This document shows positions 40,050-52,456 of a stretch of 64,000 bases of DNA, piece after piece. The notes beneath the pieces were generated by a model. That model did not search any database. It was given only the letters and a program-made list of their open reading frames with translations, and was not told where the DNA came from. How positions within the stretch are numbered: position 1 is the first letter of the stretch; every line of letters begins with the position of its first letter. Origin of the DNA: Nitrospirales bacterium (lineage in GTDB: Bacteria > Nitrospirota > Nitrospiria > Nitrospirales > UBA8639); NCBI GenBank assembly GCA_965203295.1, contig CBDBCZ010000018.1, forward strand, positions 2,176,001 to 2,240,000, given 5' to 3'. A program made the position numbers and the translations under genes.

Positions 40050-40940
40050 ACAAATTCAATCCACAAAAACTGTAACTTGCAACCCTTGGAATGTCTTTAT
40101 CTCCCCACTTCCGTGTGAATGTACCTGTATCAACCTCTATGGAAAACACCATAACAGCACTCTCCTTTACAAAATTCCTGTACTACATTAATCAATGTTT
40201 GTATGTCCTCAGTATTAGTAATTAAACCTACAAAATCATCAGCAAACACTAGACCCCCAACATATAACATCAGTCTTAATAGTTGTGCCAATCCCAGCCT
40301 TTGTGATCTCATCTAACAACTGATTGGAAAATACATGCAGGATAGGAAACATATTACAACCCGTACCACCCGACCTATATTGAATGATTTGGATTTTAAT
40401 CCCTCCAGTAAAACAGCACTCTGTGCTATGTCATACATAGTCTTAATAATTATCCCTCCACATCCTACCTCTATCACCAAGTTCCCGTAAGCCATTATGC
40501 CAAACTGTGACAAATGCTTTCTGAACATCTAACACGAAAGTGTAAGTGTGTTTTCCTTCCCTAATTGTGCCTTGTATGATTTCATTTCGAGATAAAATGA
40601 TATCAAACCAACTCCTTTTGAAACTCTCTAAATCCTGCCTGACCCTCATGAAGAGCCCTTTCTGATTCTAATCTGATTACTAAGCGGTTATTTAGAATCT
40701 TGCAAAACCTACCACATTTAATAGTGCAATGCCTCTGTAATTACCCGGGTCCTCAGCATCACCTTTTTTATACAAGTTAACAATTGACCCTTGTCTGCGG
40801 AATAGTCTCCTCTGTCCAAACTACTTCATATAAACTTTCAACAGATTAGCCATTCCTTCGCCACCGTACTTAAAAAGCTCCCCAACTAGCCCATCATTAC
40901 CTTCTGCTTTTTATTCTTTAGGCTTTTAGAACATCTTTTA
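40050..40940 (-). pseudogene. Decayed non-LTR retrotransposon (LINE) reverse transcriptase
   Basis: Frameshifted minus-strand peptides in RT order: GNDGLVGELFKYGG, DPGNYRGIALLN, VLDVQKAFVTVWHNGL, AVLLEGLKSKSFNI, GLVFADDFVG ((Y/F)ADD motif). Confidence 0.9.
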
Positions 40941-40990
40941 ATTTCTGCTTAGCTACCAACCTTGACTATTCCAGCTTATAGTATTCTCTA

Positions 40991-42000
40991 TACCTCAAAG
41001 CCTCATCTACTATCTCAGTAATCTTCAGTACCTCTACACAGTTTCATTTCCCACTCTTGACTCTATATACGTAACCACCACTTAAGTTTGCACTTATTCC
41101 TCCTGCCTTTCAAAGATTCTACCCCTATATCTTCCTTTATTGTTTCATTGCATATTTATTTGAATTTTTAGAAGAGCAGCCAAGTATCTTTTAGCTGCTC
41201 CTACGTAGCTGAATAGATTCTAAAGAAGCTGTCTCCATATTAAGCCAACACTTCACTACCATACTCTATAAAGTGGGGCAAAGTAACAAAATTAACACTC
41301 CAACTGTATTGATATTTCTAAGTTTTTGCTTTCCACTTTTAATTACCCTCTGTACATTATTGTATCATGACCATTATTGACAATTCAATGACCAAATAAC
41401 AGTAACTTGCAACCCTTTTATTTCCCCATTTCCATGTACATGTACCTGAACAATTAACCCCTCTAGAAAAAATAATAAAGGCACTCTTTTTTAATGTTAG
41501 ACTTTAACCTTACCTCAGAAGTAGTAATTACATTAGACCCCCACTCTTATTAACATCATACTTAATAGTTATTCCAATCCCAGCTTTATCTAATTGATAG
41601 ATAAATACAAGTCTATCCATACAGTTCGATATAAACACGTGTTTAGAACCCACATACATGCAAGCCCTCGGTGGCAATCGAGTGTTTGACTCTATTAAAA
41701 ATGGTGGGCCTTACCCTGTTAAATAAGAAAGAGTGGAGAGTAGAAACCGCTTTTGGTATAACTATCAGGTATCCAAATATAAAGGTCGGATTTAGCGATT
41801 GTTAAACCCTGTAAATCGCTAGATTGCAATTTATTTCATTGTACAGACGACAGACAGACAGACAGACAGACAAACAGAGCCAATTGCTTAACCTTGCCGC
41901 ATATGCATGGGGTAAAAATGGAAAATAGAATAGGTGACATACTACGTACAACCCTGTTCCACCCCTGGCCTATATCTGATTTTTCTCCATCCAAGGCCAG
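40991..42000 (-). pseudogene. Second decayed fragment of the same LINE family, interrupted by a Helentron-like element
   Basis: 41390-41590 resembles 40040-40300. SPILFSIF at ~41915-41940 and EYGSEV at ~41250-41270. Confidence 0.7.
41603..41918 (-). mobile_element. Non-autonomous Helentron-associated (HINE/DINE-1-like) element
   Basis: Minus strand starts TTTTTACCCCATGCATATGCGGCAAGGTTAAGCAATTGG, followed by a (GTCT)n tract (~41845-41875). It interrupts the LINE RT after SPILFSIF in a T-run, with no TSD seen. Left boundary approximate. Confidence 0.65.
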
Positions 42001-44364
42001 AAATGTGGATTATGGTTTATGTTATGGTTAGGAGTAGGTGGGCCTTACCCTGAGCATGCAAACTTAAGGTTCTGTGATGTGCCAGTGAATATGTATGGTC
42101 ATAGGAGGGCATCTACATAATTACAAAGAGAAACTGAGCTAAAAAAGTCAGCTGCCACATGAATACAGCTACATGCTAAGAGCAGAACAAACAAGAGCAT
42201 ATACGTACAAAGAAAGTGACAAGGGTACAGTGAAATGTCTAGTTCGCAGCTTTTGAATCAAACAGACGACTGGTCAAACGTACAATTTAATAACTTCCAC
42301 ACTATAGATCTATGTGTGCATTTTAATAGATCAATAATTATAACATGCCAAGTTCATGGAAACAGGAGGGGCACCTTAACCCTAGAACAGTAGCTACACA
42401 ATCATGCCACTCACATGCCAGTTTGATGTAGCTTCCTGACTGCAACAGATTGCATTTATGTCAGTACAGAAATTTGAAATAGCACTGACCTGTGTGGTAG
42501 AGGTTTGCAAAGCTCAAGTGTAACAGATTGTAATGGGCAAAGGAGTGTTTCTTATATGAAAGGCCTTGCAATTGAAAACATACAACTGTAGAATATTCAT
42601 AGCGTCTGGTTCACTAAAGTAGTTTCACAAGCCAGCCCACTTACATTCTACAGCATCCATCACTTACAGTATTGGCATGTGGAAGAGACATGTGCTGATA
42701 GCCTGATGCTGACACTCTTCCACATGCCATGCTGATACTGAAAGTAATGGTTTGATTCTGTGACTACTACTGAAGTTACCAAGTGCCCTTAACAGAGACA
42801 AGAAAAGTACAAGTGTAGGCCAGAGCAAGTTGTCACCCCACCCCACCCATGCCCCACAGCCCATGCACAGGTGACACTCAATCTACTTCCACAACAAATG
42901 TACACTTGTTTACACAACTGTGTGAACAAACAAATATAACTAGGAGGTAAGATGCAAAAAGCCTTGTGTCAAAGTACCATTGGGTAAGTGTTCTACAAAT
43001 ACCTGTCCAATCCTACTAATGCATTTCTTCTGATTTGAAAGCATGTCCACTTATGCAAGAGGGTCAATGCTCTGTAAGTATACAAACATACTATCATAAG
43101 TAAAGTACAAAGAACTGAAACAATGACAGCTATTTGGGCTTTGTCAGTGCAGTGATGGTGTGCGTAGCACCTAGAGCTGACCAGCAGCTACATACAGCTC
43201 TTAATTTGACTCACACCAGGAAAAGCCTCTATGAATTAAAAGTGAACTAAGGCTCTACTGTAGTTTAGCTTTTCTCTGGTCTCCTAATCCTTCAATTACA
43301 ATAGAAAACTACTGATAAACATAATTTGCTAAATCAACCCAAAAAGTTAGCAACACCCAACAGCCAGACACTGAAGCCAGACACACTAATTTTCTCCAGC
43401 CCAGTTGCCAGGGTAGGCTAAGGTTCCCCAGTGGTTATTGATAATGACAAGATCATCATTGCAGGACATGTCCAACTACCTCTGTGATTGCACATCAACA
43501 TGACTGTTTTCCAAAAGTGCATTTATATATAATATATAAACTATTATATGCACTCATGCTGTTGACAGATATTGGTATTGTCATTACCACGGATCAGCAG
43601 CTGTTTGATAGAGATTCCTTCAGACCCAGTTACTCACTTATTGGTTCAATAAAGTGACACCTGTTAATTCCAAGTTTCAGCTAACTGTGAGACATGATCC
43701 AGCATTGTTCTCAGCTGCTGGTCGACACTAGCTACCAGGAATCCAATACCTGATTCTGTGAAAGTGTTTAGCCAACTACGTACATTGTATACTATTGCAC
43801 CTACGAACAAACTGGTGTGCTTTATTTTTACATTTCAAAAGGACTTACTCTTCCTCTTTATTTTCAAGCTTGTTGAGATTAAAAGCTTCAAAGCCCGCAG
43901 CAGGGTCAAACTTTACAACTTCTGAGTACATTTGACATGTAGTGGTGTTCTGGATCTGAACTTTAAGAAGAATATCATCCTGCGTGGTTTATAATGCAGT
44001 TCATTATTCACAAGCCATCAACTACGTACTATTACGTTGATGTTCTCACCCACCCATTCCCATCAATGCACAACTCCCTTGGTCCAGCTCCCTGGATATT
44101 GGGGGTATCGTCAAATATACTGGGAAGGAGTCAATAGTTCCACCTGTACAATGTGAAGACACAGCTACTGTACACACTGCCAAGTTCATGATAAGTGCTG
44201 CAGTTAGCAGTAACAATAGCAGCAATTAGCGATAGACATTTGTGACTTTCCTGATAAGGAATATAAACGGAGCTGATCTGCTTGGCTGAGTCAGCCATCT
44301 CCTATGCTTATGCATTACATGCATAACTTGTCCTAATATCGCTAGGGTCAAAATAGCTTTCCGA

Positions 44365-44590
44365 CCACATTCAATAGTGTAATGCCTCTGTAATTACCTG
44401 GGTCCTCACATCACCTTTCTATAAAAGCTAATAATCAACCCTTGTCTCTGATGTTTGGAAATACTCTCCCTTATCCAAACTACCTCATACAAGACTATCA
44501 ACAGATTAGCCATTCTTTTCTCCCCATACTTAAAAAACTCCCCTCATTACCTCCCGTTTTATTACTTTTAAGAACACCTTTTGAGCATTC
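44365..44590 (-). pseudogene. Third LINE RT fragment (copy at ~56230-56460)
   Basis: Similar to 40710-40935; copy 2 translates KTGGNDGLVGEFFKYG. Confidence 0.75.
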
Positions 44591-45779
44591 AAACTTAAGG
44601 TTCTGTGATGTGCTAGTGAATATGTATGGTCATAAGAGGGTATGTACATACATTTACAAAGAGAAACTGAGCTAAACAAGTCAGTTGCCACATGATTACA
44701 GGTACGTACATGCCAAGAGCTGGACAAACAAGAGCATATACGTACGAAGAAAGTGACAAGGGTATAGTGAAATGTCAAGTTCGCAGTTTTTGAATCAAAC
44801 AGACGACTGGTCAAACGTACAATTTAATAACTTCCACACGATGTATGTGTGCATTTTAATACATGAGTATGTTGTTTAGTAATTATAAACCAACAAGTCA
44901 CCCATAGAGGTGGTCTTTCAAGAGTTCCAGTGTTACTCTAAGCTTTTGTTGGGCTACATTGGGATACACACAAGCTGCAAAGCAACAGACCTACATTTGC
45001 ATAGTTCTAGTCACTTGGAAGGCACCACCACAGTGTACAAACTCCATCTACTTTGGCAGTGCCTTTCAAGCCAGGGTATACACATCCATATACCCTAGGG
45101 TACATGAGGGTTGCTGGGCAACTGTGATAGACTGTTCTACAAACTGTGAAACAATTAGCTGGCAAACCAGTTCATATGGGAAAATTAAGCTGTAGACTAC
45201 TTCTTATTACATTCAGTAGAGTTATTCTAAGGTAGCTGCATGTTCAAAATGTAATAAATTGTTCCCCTTTTTTGCAAAAACTACAAAAGTGACCCATAGC
45301 ACTACACAAGTCCACATACAAAGCACCAAGCCAGAGCAACTATTTAATGCAGAAATCACCCAAACACCAGCTCATGTGGGAAATACAAACTGTAGAATGC
45401 TTCCTATTACATAGAGTAGAGTCAATCCAAGGTAATTGCACGTTAGTAATTAAACAAAGTGTTTCCTTTTCCGCAAAAGCTACAAAAGTGACTCATAGTA
45501 CTACACGTTTCCATAGTAAGCACCAAACTAGAGCAAGCATATAATGCAATCTCTGGTTTTGGTAGTTACATGCACTTGCTAGTTAATAGAAATATTATAT
45601 ATTATATCTATTGTTATTCGGAGCAACTGGAATCAAGATAGCCAGGATCATAAGGCAACGTTACATGTATTTTATTACGATGTATATTCTGACTTGTATT
45701 ACTATAATTACACGTCATTCCTGCAATTTTTCTTTACGATTAATTACTAAACTTATGCAAGACAATTATGAGGAATCTG

Positions 45780-45940
45780 ACAAACGTTTTGCAAGGTTCT
45801 TACACCAGATCTTGCAGTAGTCTCGATACGCGAGGCTAATCTTGCAGGACTTCCCTATGAGCCTTGCAAGAATTCACACAAGATTTTAATGCCTACCATC
45901 TTGCAAGATTTTTGTTGCAAGATGAGAAATCTTGCTAGGG
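45780..45940. repeat. Remnant with multiple CTTGCAAG-type motifs ending CTTGCTAGGG; probably a DNA-transposon end (copy ~57395-57555)
   Basis: At least six variants of (A/T)TCTTGCAAG in 160 bp; no matching opposite end found. Confidence 0.4.
45818..45838. mobile_element. 21-bp TAG...CTA micro-element with perfect 9-bp TSD (copy 57433-57453)
   Basis: ATCTTGCAG-[TAGTCTCGATACGCGAGGCTA]-ATCTTGCAG. Confidence 0.8.
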
Positions 45941-46309
45941 TAGAATGCCTACTGTCATAGTTCTCATGCAGCTACAACATATAGCTCACCAGGCCTGGCA
46001 GAATTTTTCCAGCACTGTCTCTGGCATTCGACATAGGCAAAGTATGGGCGCACTCCCACTTTTCAGACATCGCAACTGTGGTTGAAAGGTAGATATAAGC
46101 GCAGTCTGGCGTAGCTAGCTCTTCGCGAGCTCCATGTAGTTCCGAGTTCTCGCAGCAGCGCTCAGCGTTACGCGCCGCGCACGAAGTCACATGTGGCTAA
46201 TCCCAGCTTGTAGTTAATCCCAGCACAGCTACAATAACCAATGGTTATGCATGGTTATTGCATTTATGATCTCAGCCCCGCCCACTAAGCGCATATAGAA
46301 TCTGGCGCC

Positions 46310-46416
46310 GGTATTTGGGGACCCCCGCGATATGGGGACCCCGTCCCAAAAACGCTAGCGATGTGAGGACCCCCACGGTCCCTATTTCGCTAGCGGTACG
46401 GGGATCCCGTACCGCT
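46310..46416. repeat. GC-rich GGGGACCCC/GCTAGCG repeats ending in a 26-bp palindrome; probable truncated DNA-transposon end (copy ~58275-58390)
   Basis: Repeated GGGGACCCC and CGCTAGCG; TAGCGGTACGGGATCCCGTACCGCTA at 46391-46416. Confidence 0.5.
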
Positions 46417-46575
46417 ATGTATGTACAATTCTCATTCTGTTATCAGCATCTCAGCTAGAGTTGCCAAACTACAGATCACCTGCTAGTAAAGTAATTGCTC
46501 AGGTTCTCTTTTTGGCACTTGGTTGTGAAGTTGTTAAGATTAGCAAAGGCATGTCACTGATACCTGTCTTCCTCA

Positions 46576-46614
46576 TAGTCTCGCGAGCCAGCGAGGGGCT
46601 GGCTCACGAGACTA
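46576..46614. mobile_element. 39-bp TAG...CTA palindromic micro-element (copy 58556-58594)
   Basis: TCTTCCTCA-[TAGTCTCGCGAGCCAG...CTGGCTCACGAGACTA]-TCTTCCTAT; flanks match 7/9. Confidence 0.75.
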
Positions 46615-46997
46615 TCTTCCTATAACCAGATTCCTTAACCAGCATTAGATAGCAGTTATTGCCATGTTGATAGAAGGGCTTCCAAAGATCTAGGTTCCAT
46701 GCTCTAAGGGAAAATTATTTACAAGCATAGACAGTAGAGTGCTATAACCCATCATAACCAAGCAGTCTAAACGATAAGCCAGGTAGCATTTATATATTGA
46801 TCGGAGTTCTCTTTCCACCAACCATGAATTTGGCGTCTCAAAACTTTCATTGTCAAAGGAATGCTGACTTTTTAACTGCTGTGCTGCTGTCTTCATCAGG
46901 GCAGACATCAATACAGTAGCTACAGGCCAAACCAAAAGCAAAGAATTCAAAGTCTTCGGGATTAGTCTAGCCTACTCAGCTCCTAGAAGGGAAGCCC

Positions 46998-47061
46998 TAG
47001 CCTCATACCTAGGCCTTCCCTGCACTCGCGAAAGTGTGGGGAAGGCGTGGGTACAAGGCTA
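46998..47061. mobile_element. 64-bp TAG...CTA hairpin micro-element (copy 58996-59059)
   Basis: TAGCCTCATACCTAGGCCTTCCC...GGGAAGGCGTGGGTACAAGGCTA; flanks GGGAAGCCC / GTTATGCCC match 6/9. Confidence 0.65.
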
Positions 47062-47171
47062 GTTATGCCCAGTATTCTTATTTATTCTCAAATAGATTTG
47101 GTATTCAGAAACAGGAGTACCTTTTCCTTCTCTTCAACTGTGAACTGGATGGTGGGATGTATACCATTGAG

Positions 47172-47269
47172 TAGTCTCGGTACCAGCCCACCTATCAAGT
47201 CGGAGATCGCTTACAGTATCCCGCCACTAAGCGATCTCCGACTTGATAGGTGGGCTGGTACCGAGACTA
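47172..47269. mobile_element. 98-bp TAG...CTA fold-back MITE with perfect 42-bp arms and perfect 9-bp TSD (copy 59170-59267)
   Basis: ACCATTGAG-[TAGTCTCGGTACCAGCCCACCTATCAAGTCGGAGATCGCTTA, 14-nt loop, exact reverse complement]-ACCATTGAG. Confidence 0.92.
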
Positions 47270-49691
47270 ACCATTGAGATGGTAGTAAATGTTTTGTAGC
47301 ATTATAGCACACTGAATAATAAAAGTTTTAAAGAAATCATTTAAAAATGAAAGAGCATGTAGGGATGGAATCGCAAAAAAGTAACCAAACAAGGTAGCAA
47401 TGACACAACAGAGCTTGATTCTACACCCCCATCCCTAACCCTGCATGAATACAATTAGTGCCTGGCATGCCCGTATTTCTGAACTCTTGTGTCCAAGTGA
47501 CAGGTAACAACATACATAGAAAGCATTCACATACAGCATTCAACTACAGCAATAAAAGAACATAGGTAAAACAATATCACTTATCAGATGATAAGGGCAC
47601 ATGTATCTGACATGTTCATTTCACTTCCAACCTACACAGAAATAATCAAATGTGTTACTATATATACACAATATGTTATAGCTAAACCATCCCCTAGACA
47701 CTTTTACCAGTAATCAGGAGACTGTTCCAGGTAAACCAGCAATACATGAGACACTTTTAGTAATGGTCCCAAGGCTCATGGCATGAGTTACGAGAATGTT
47801 CTAAGTTACAATGAATGTACATATTGCTACACTAGACGAAGTTAAGTGTTTCAGCAAATTACAAATTCTGTCCATAGTGGCTATCTTGCCATAATACATG
47901 TCTGTACTATTTTCCGACCATAAGCAACACTTAATTCTACTCATGTGACCTTCAACAGATCAGAAGTATCAAAATCGATCACATGAGTGTGCATTAAATT
48001 GCTTAGTTCACACATACGTAGTAGCTAATGTAGTATGGTTTGTACACTCTCCCAGAAGCTTCTGAAATAGTTTTCCACAAAAAAAGAAACAAAATATAGC
48101 TGTCCTGGGCAAAGTCCACGACAACTATAACTTAGTACCAGCTGGGGTGCACTTCATGTTTATCTGGGTGGTAAAAACTACAAATAGTGCTCCCAGAATA
48201 GATCGGTTTAATATTATATACACAAACATAGCACAACCTACCAACTAGCATAAGTCTTTCAGACTCAAGTAGTTCCGGGGAATCTTTCAGCCTGCATGTA
48301 CATGTAGATGAACGGCACTGACTTTATTTTATGCACGTCTAGCATAGCAGTTACGGCTGTGCACGGTTTACACTTACAGTATCGTGCAATCATGGTTTAT
48401 TAGTGGACGTCACATCCGTTACACACGCACAGGCGCACACAGAACCAAATGTAAAGTATAGATGCATACCTCATTCTGGAGCTACTGTGCTACACTGACC
48501 GTATTCTCTGTCGGCATCTATAGTTTGCTTCTTATATGACATAATTTAGACACACTTCCAAGTTAAAATTCCCACTATCAGATTGTGTACATGTTGTCAT
48601 TAAATAAGTTACCTTCGCAGAAGTGAAATGCTGTTTTCATTTACTGCTTCTCCATCAGATAACACAGTTGACTTTTGCGGTGATTGTACTGTCAGAGGCA
48701 GAAGAATGAATGACTGTGCACGACTCCTACAGTGTGAATCAATAGTTGTACACTGCACTACTATGTATTCCAGCAACCCCAGCAAGCTTCCTCTGTAATT
48801 ACTACTACATGGTGATCTTTATCAAGGCAGTTACTACAAAAGCACTATTGTGTATCAACTGCCTGATGTACAGGCACCCCAAAATCAGAGCAACAATCTA
48901 GGATAAAAAGGTGTAATTTCTTACCCTAATATGCAATGTTTGCAGGAAGAACTTAAGACTAGAAAAAACTAAGCACACGATATGTAATTCTAGATAACAT
49001 GCAGATTAAGCTAAAAACATTATATTATACCTACCATATGAGGTGCACTGATAGTTGCATGATAACCTAATGAAAAAAAACATAAGCATTATGAACAAAG
49101 CATTATTGAAGCATCATAGACTATTGTTGTTAACAAGCTGAATATTCTGATCAGGCTCTTCCCCTGTTACATGAAGGCTGGCCAGTAACAAACTGCACAG
49201 TTGCCAGGCAGTTAAGGTACCAAGAACACTCAACTCTGCAACACCGTGGTGAAATACTACCCTTTCACTTGGCAACTCTACATTCCTGTGAACTCATTAA
49301 TTCAGCGCTGTTTCATCGTTACAGTGCACCCGAGGCTACAGGAAAGCACCTGCACCTAGCTGTTACAATGTATTCATTTATATACACAGGTGCTTTCACC
49401 AATATTTTTCATAGGCTCCTGCTTCAAATGGGAGAATCAAAGTCGTAACTCTATCTACTGAGTTAGAGATACAATTATTTCGCTGGTATCTAGTCTTGTT
49501 GCCATGCAGTCACCATTGTGTAGCTTTTAATACATGCATGTGTAGTGTACTTTCATCTGTTCATGCAACAAGATACATGTAGATATCTGCAGTCACATTT
49601 TATGTTAAACATCCAAGGCTTTGTTTAGCAACCGGTCACTTAATACATCTGTAGAACACATCAGCGTTGCAAGACTGTTTCATCCTATATA

Positions 49692-50149
49692 CCGTATAGC
49701 CGGAAAATTTGGTGAGGACTTTAATTTGGCGGTTTGGCGAATCGTAAAAAATCACTAAATTAAATTCTTGCCAAATTAAATTCTAACGCATTATGTAATA
49801 CATAACACCCACGCGCGCATGCAGCTACAAGAAAGAAGGTTCCCACTCCACGTACGTGTTTCCCCTCGTCCGGGAAGGATATCAAACTCGCTAACAAAGC
49901 TGTAAAGCGCTCTCTATCTGGAAACTCGAAGCATGTCACAGTCATCTCGAGGCAAGTATAACACTAGTCTTACATGCCAGAAGGGCACAAATTGGAAAGT
50001 ATGCCGCTGACAACAGAGCGACAAAGGCCGCTACACTCTTTTCGAAGCTTTTGGATAGTAAGATCAGTGAGCCCAATGCCTCCATTCTCGATTTCAGTGA
50101 CAAAAACTTTACATTTTCAGCAGCGTTGCCAAATTTTCCGGCTATAAGG
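49692..50149. mobile_element. Tc1/mariner-superfamily MITE (CCGTA-type end), 458 bp, TA-flanked
   Basis: TA-CCGTATAGCCGGAAAATTTGG ... CCAAATTTTCCGGCTATAAGG-TA (20/21); internal AATTTGGC/GCCAAATT motifs. Confidence 0.85.
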
Positions 50150-50541
50150 TAAGTAACTAAAACATATGACTGCACAAACTCACAGCGGATTTCTAGCAAA
50201 ACCTAATTACCAGAACTGCTACATACATTGTACCTATCATTCTCTTTGAGTCTACACAACACAAATTTAAGCATGCAAACCTCCGGTAGCTTTTGTTGGG
50301 CTACATGCAGGATATACACACAAACTGCAAAGCAACAGACTACATTTGCATAGTTATAGTCACTTGAAAGGCATCACCACAGTGTACAAACCCCATGTAC
50401 TTGGGCTGGTGCCTTTCAAGCCAGGGTCCATATATACACTACCCTAGGGTGCATGAGGGTTGCTGGGCAATTGTGATCTCAAAACTGTGAAACAATTAGC
50501 AGGTACTATAAAAGCTACTATGGCACAAAGTCATCTCTACC

Positions 50542-50660
50542 TTGGGTCTCTAAGGTGTATAGGATTTGTACCCTCATGCAGTTGTGAGTCTTCTCTGGGC
50601 CTTCCCCCTAAAAAGACACAACTGCCCTTGGGTACAAATCCCCTACACCTAGAAACCCAA
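50542..50660. repeat. Imperfect ~119-bp fold-back
   Basis: TTGGGTCTCTAAGGTGTATAGGATTTGTACCC..GCAGTTGTG pairs with CACAACTGC..GGGTACAAATCCCCTACACCTAGAAACCCAA. Confidence 0.8.
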
Positions 50661-51312
50661 ATGCAAAACTGCAGACATACAGATAGGCACAGAGACCACC
50701 TGGCAGATCATCTATTCCCAGTCTGTAGTTTGGAAAAACCTTTCATATTACGGAACTGTAATGGTGAGAACTAACCTATTGATTGAGGAGAATCGTAGTA
50801 TGGACTATGGGGACAGTAGTTCTTGCGATCTACAGCCTTCATACTTGCTTCTACTCTGGGACTTTGAATGATGTGTTGTTCTAGCCGGTACAGAAAAACA
50901 TGTTCGAATGTAATATACATGTTCTGAAAGTATTGCTTACACATGTTAATTAGCTTTATACACAATGGGCCACTTTTGAAGTCATATATTGGCGGCTCAT
51001 GAACCATTTTCACCCCATCAGAATCCTCTTAGCACAGAATCCTTGGGCACTAGCTGCCTTTGCACATAGAGTACAACGCATGTACATGTATACCCACCAC
51101 TTGTAATGCATACGAACATTTCTCAATTCTTAAAGAAAACTGTTATAAAATAATCATACAACAACACATTTTTAAGTGAATCCTATAGAGTGCTACTACT
51201 GTATCTATGAGAATGTATGTGGACTCCAAAGTTGGGTTCTCCACAGGAAGCTGATGACTGAGCAAAAGTTACCTCAGGATATACTGATCCAGAACTGATT
51301 CTACTGTAGTGC

Positions 51313-51366
51313 TAGTCTCATTCCCAGGCCTCCACACAGCTTTTGTCGCTTGCAGTAACGAGGCTA
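51313..51366. mobile_element. 54-bp TAG...CTA micro-element with 9-bp TSD (8/9)
   Basis: CTGTAGTGC-[TAGTCTCATTCCCAGGCC...AACGAGGCTA]-CTGCAGTGC. Confidence 0.75.
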
Positions 51367-52456
51367 CTGCAGTGCAACTAATACTAATGTGCCTATTACA
51401 TGTACATATTGATAACCAACTGCTACACAAGCTTTGGTCCCCCATCCCGGACCAAATCTATCAGGAGCAGTATAAAACAAATCGGTACCGCCAAAAAAGA
51501 AATAGTCCCTCTTGATTAGCATTAGGGAGCCATTCCTTTCAGCTGTGTGTACAAGAAATGGTGCCAAATGTATCACTGCAATCACCTCTATCCACAAGCA
51601 GGAAGTCCTTGAAATTAGGATAACATACCTTTCTGTTTTTCTCAACTTTGTATGTAGTGCAGCTCTAGCTATCTTTTAGAACTTTTTGGACAATGCGCTG
51701 CAGCCCTCTTGATAGAAATTTGTAAACTACATATACCTGCCCTACCAGCTCACATTCATTTGTTGCTGTCTTTCCCATTCCATTTCAGCAAATTTCACTC
51801 GTAGCGTGGCTTGGTTGCATAGTGCCATTGGCTTATAAGGGAAATCATGACAGGAACAGAGTGATCATCCTACTAGGAAGGGGGACCGAATTACGCATTT
51901 CTAGACCACTACCTCAAAGCCTCATCTACTGTCTCAGTAATCTTCAGTACCTCTACACAGTTTCACTTCCCACTCAGTGCCTAGTAGTAATCTAGGATAC
52001 ACTTCTCATCCTCTTGACTCTATATACACAACAACCGCTTAAGTTTGCACCTATTCCTCCTGCCTTTCAAAAATTCTACCCCTATAACTTCCTTTATTGT
52101 TTCATTGTATATTTAATTTAATTTTTAGAAGACCAGCCAAGTATCTTTTAGCTGCTCCTACGTAGCTGAATAGATTCTAAAGAAGCTGCCTCCATATTAC
52201 AAGCTCACACTTCACTACCATCCTCTAAAGTGGGGCCAAGTACCAAAATTAACACTCCAACTGTATTGATATTTCTAAGTTTTTTCTTTCCACTTTAATT
52301 ACCCTCTGTACATGATTGTATCATGACCAATTCAATGCCCAAGTAACAGTAAATTGCAACCCTTTTACATATAAGAAATCCCGAAAAATCGGGACCCAGC
52401 TGGGGATTGAACCTGAACAGTTAACCTATTTAGAAAATATCATAACAGCACTCTTT

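Larger units (their letters stand above)
40991..49093 (+). repeat. Segmental duplication, copy 1
   Basis: Begins TACCTCAAAGCCTCATCTACT, ends AGCATTATG. Colinear with 51910-61096, with paired ORFs in the track (e.g. 44910/56776, 46690/58688). Confidence 0.95.

Noticed and set aside
50771..51013. 80-aa minus-strand ORF as an exon
   Set aside because: No recognisable homology, non-ATG start, and no linked exons identified.
52391..52415. Minus-strand B box (GGTTCAATCCC) as a tRNA gene
   Set aside because: Only ~25-40 bp with no A box; at most a SINE scrap.
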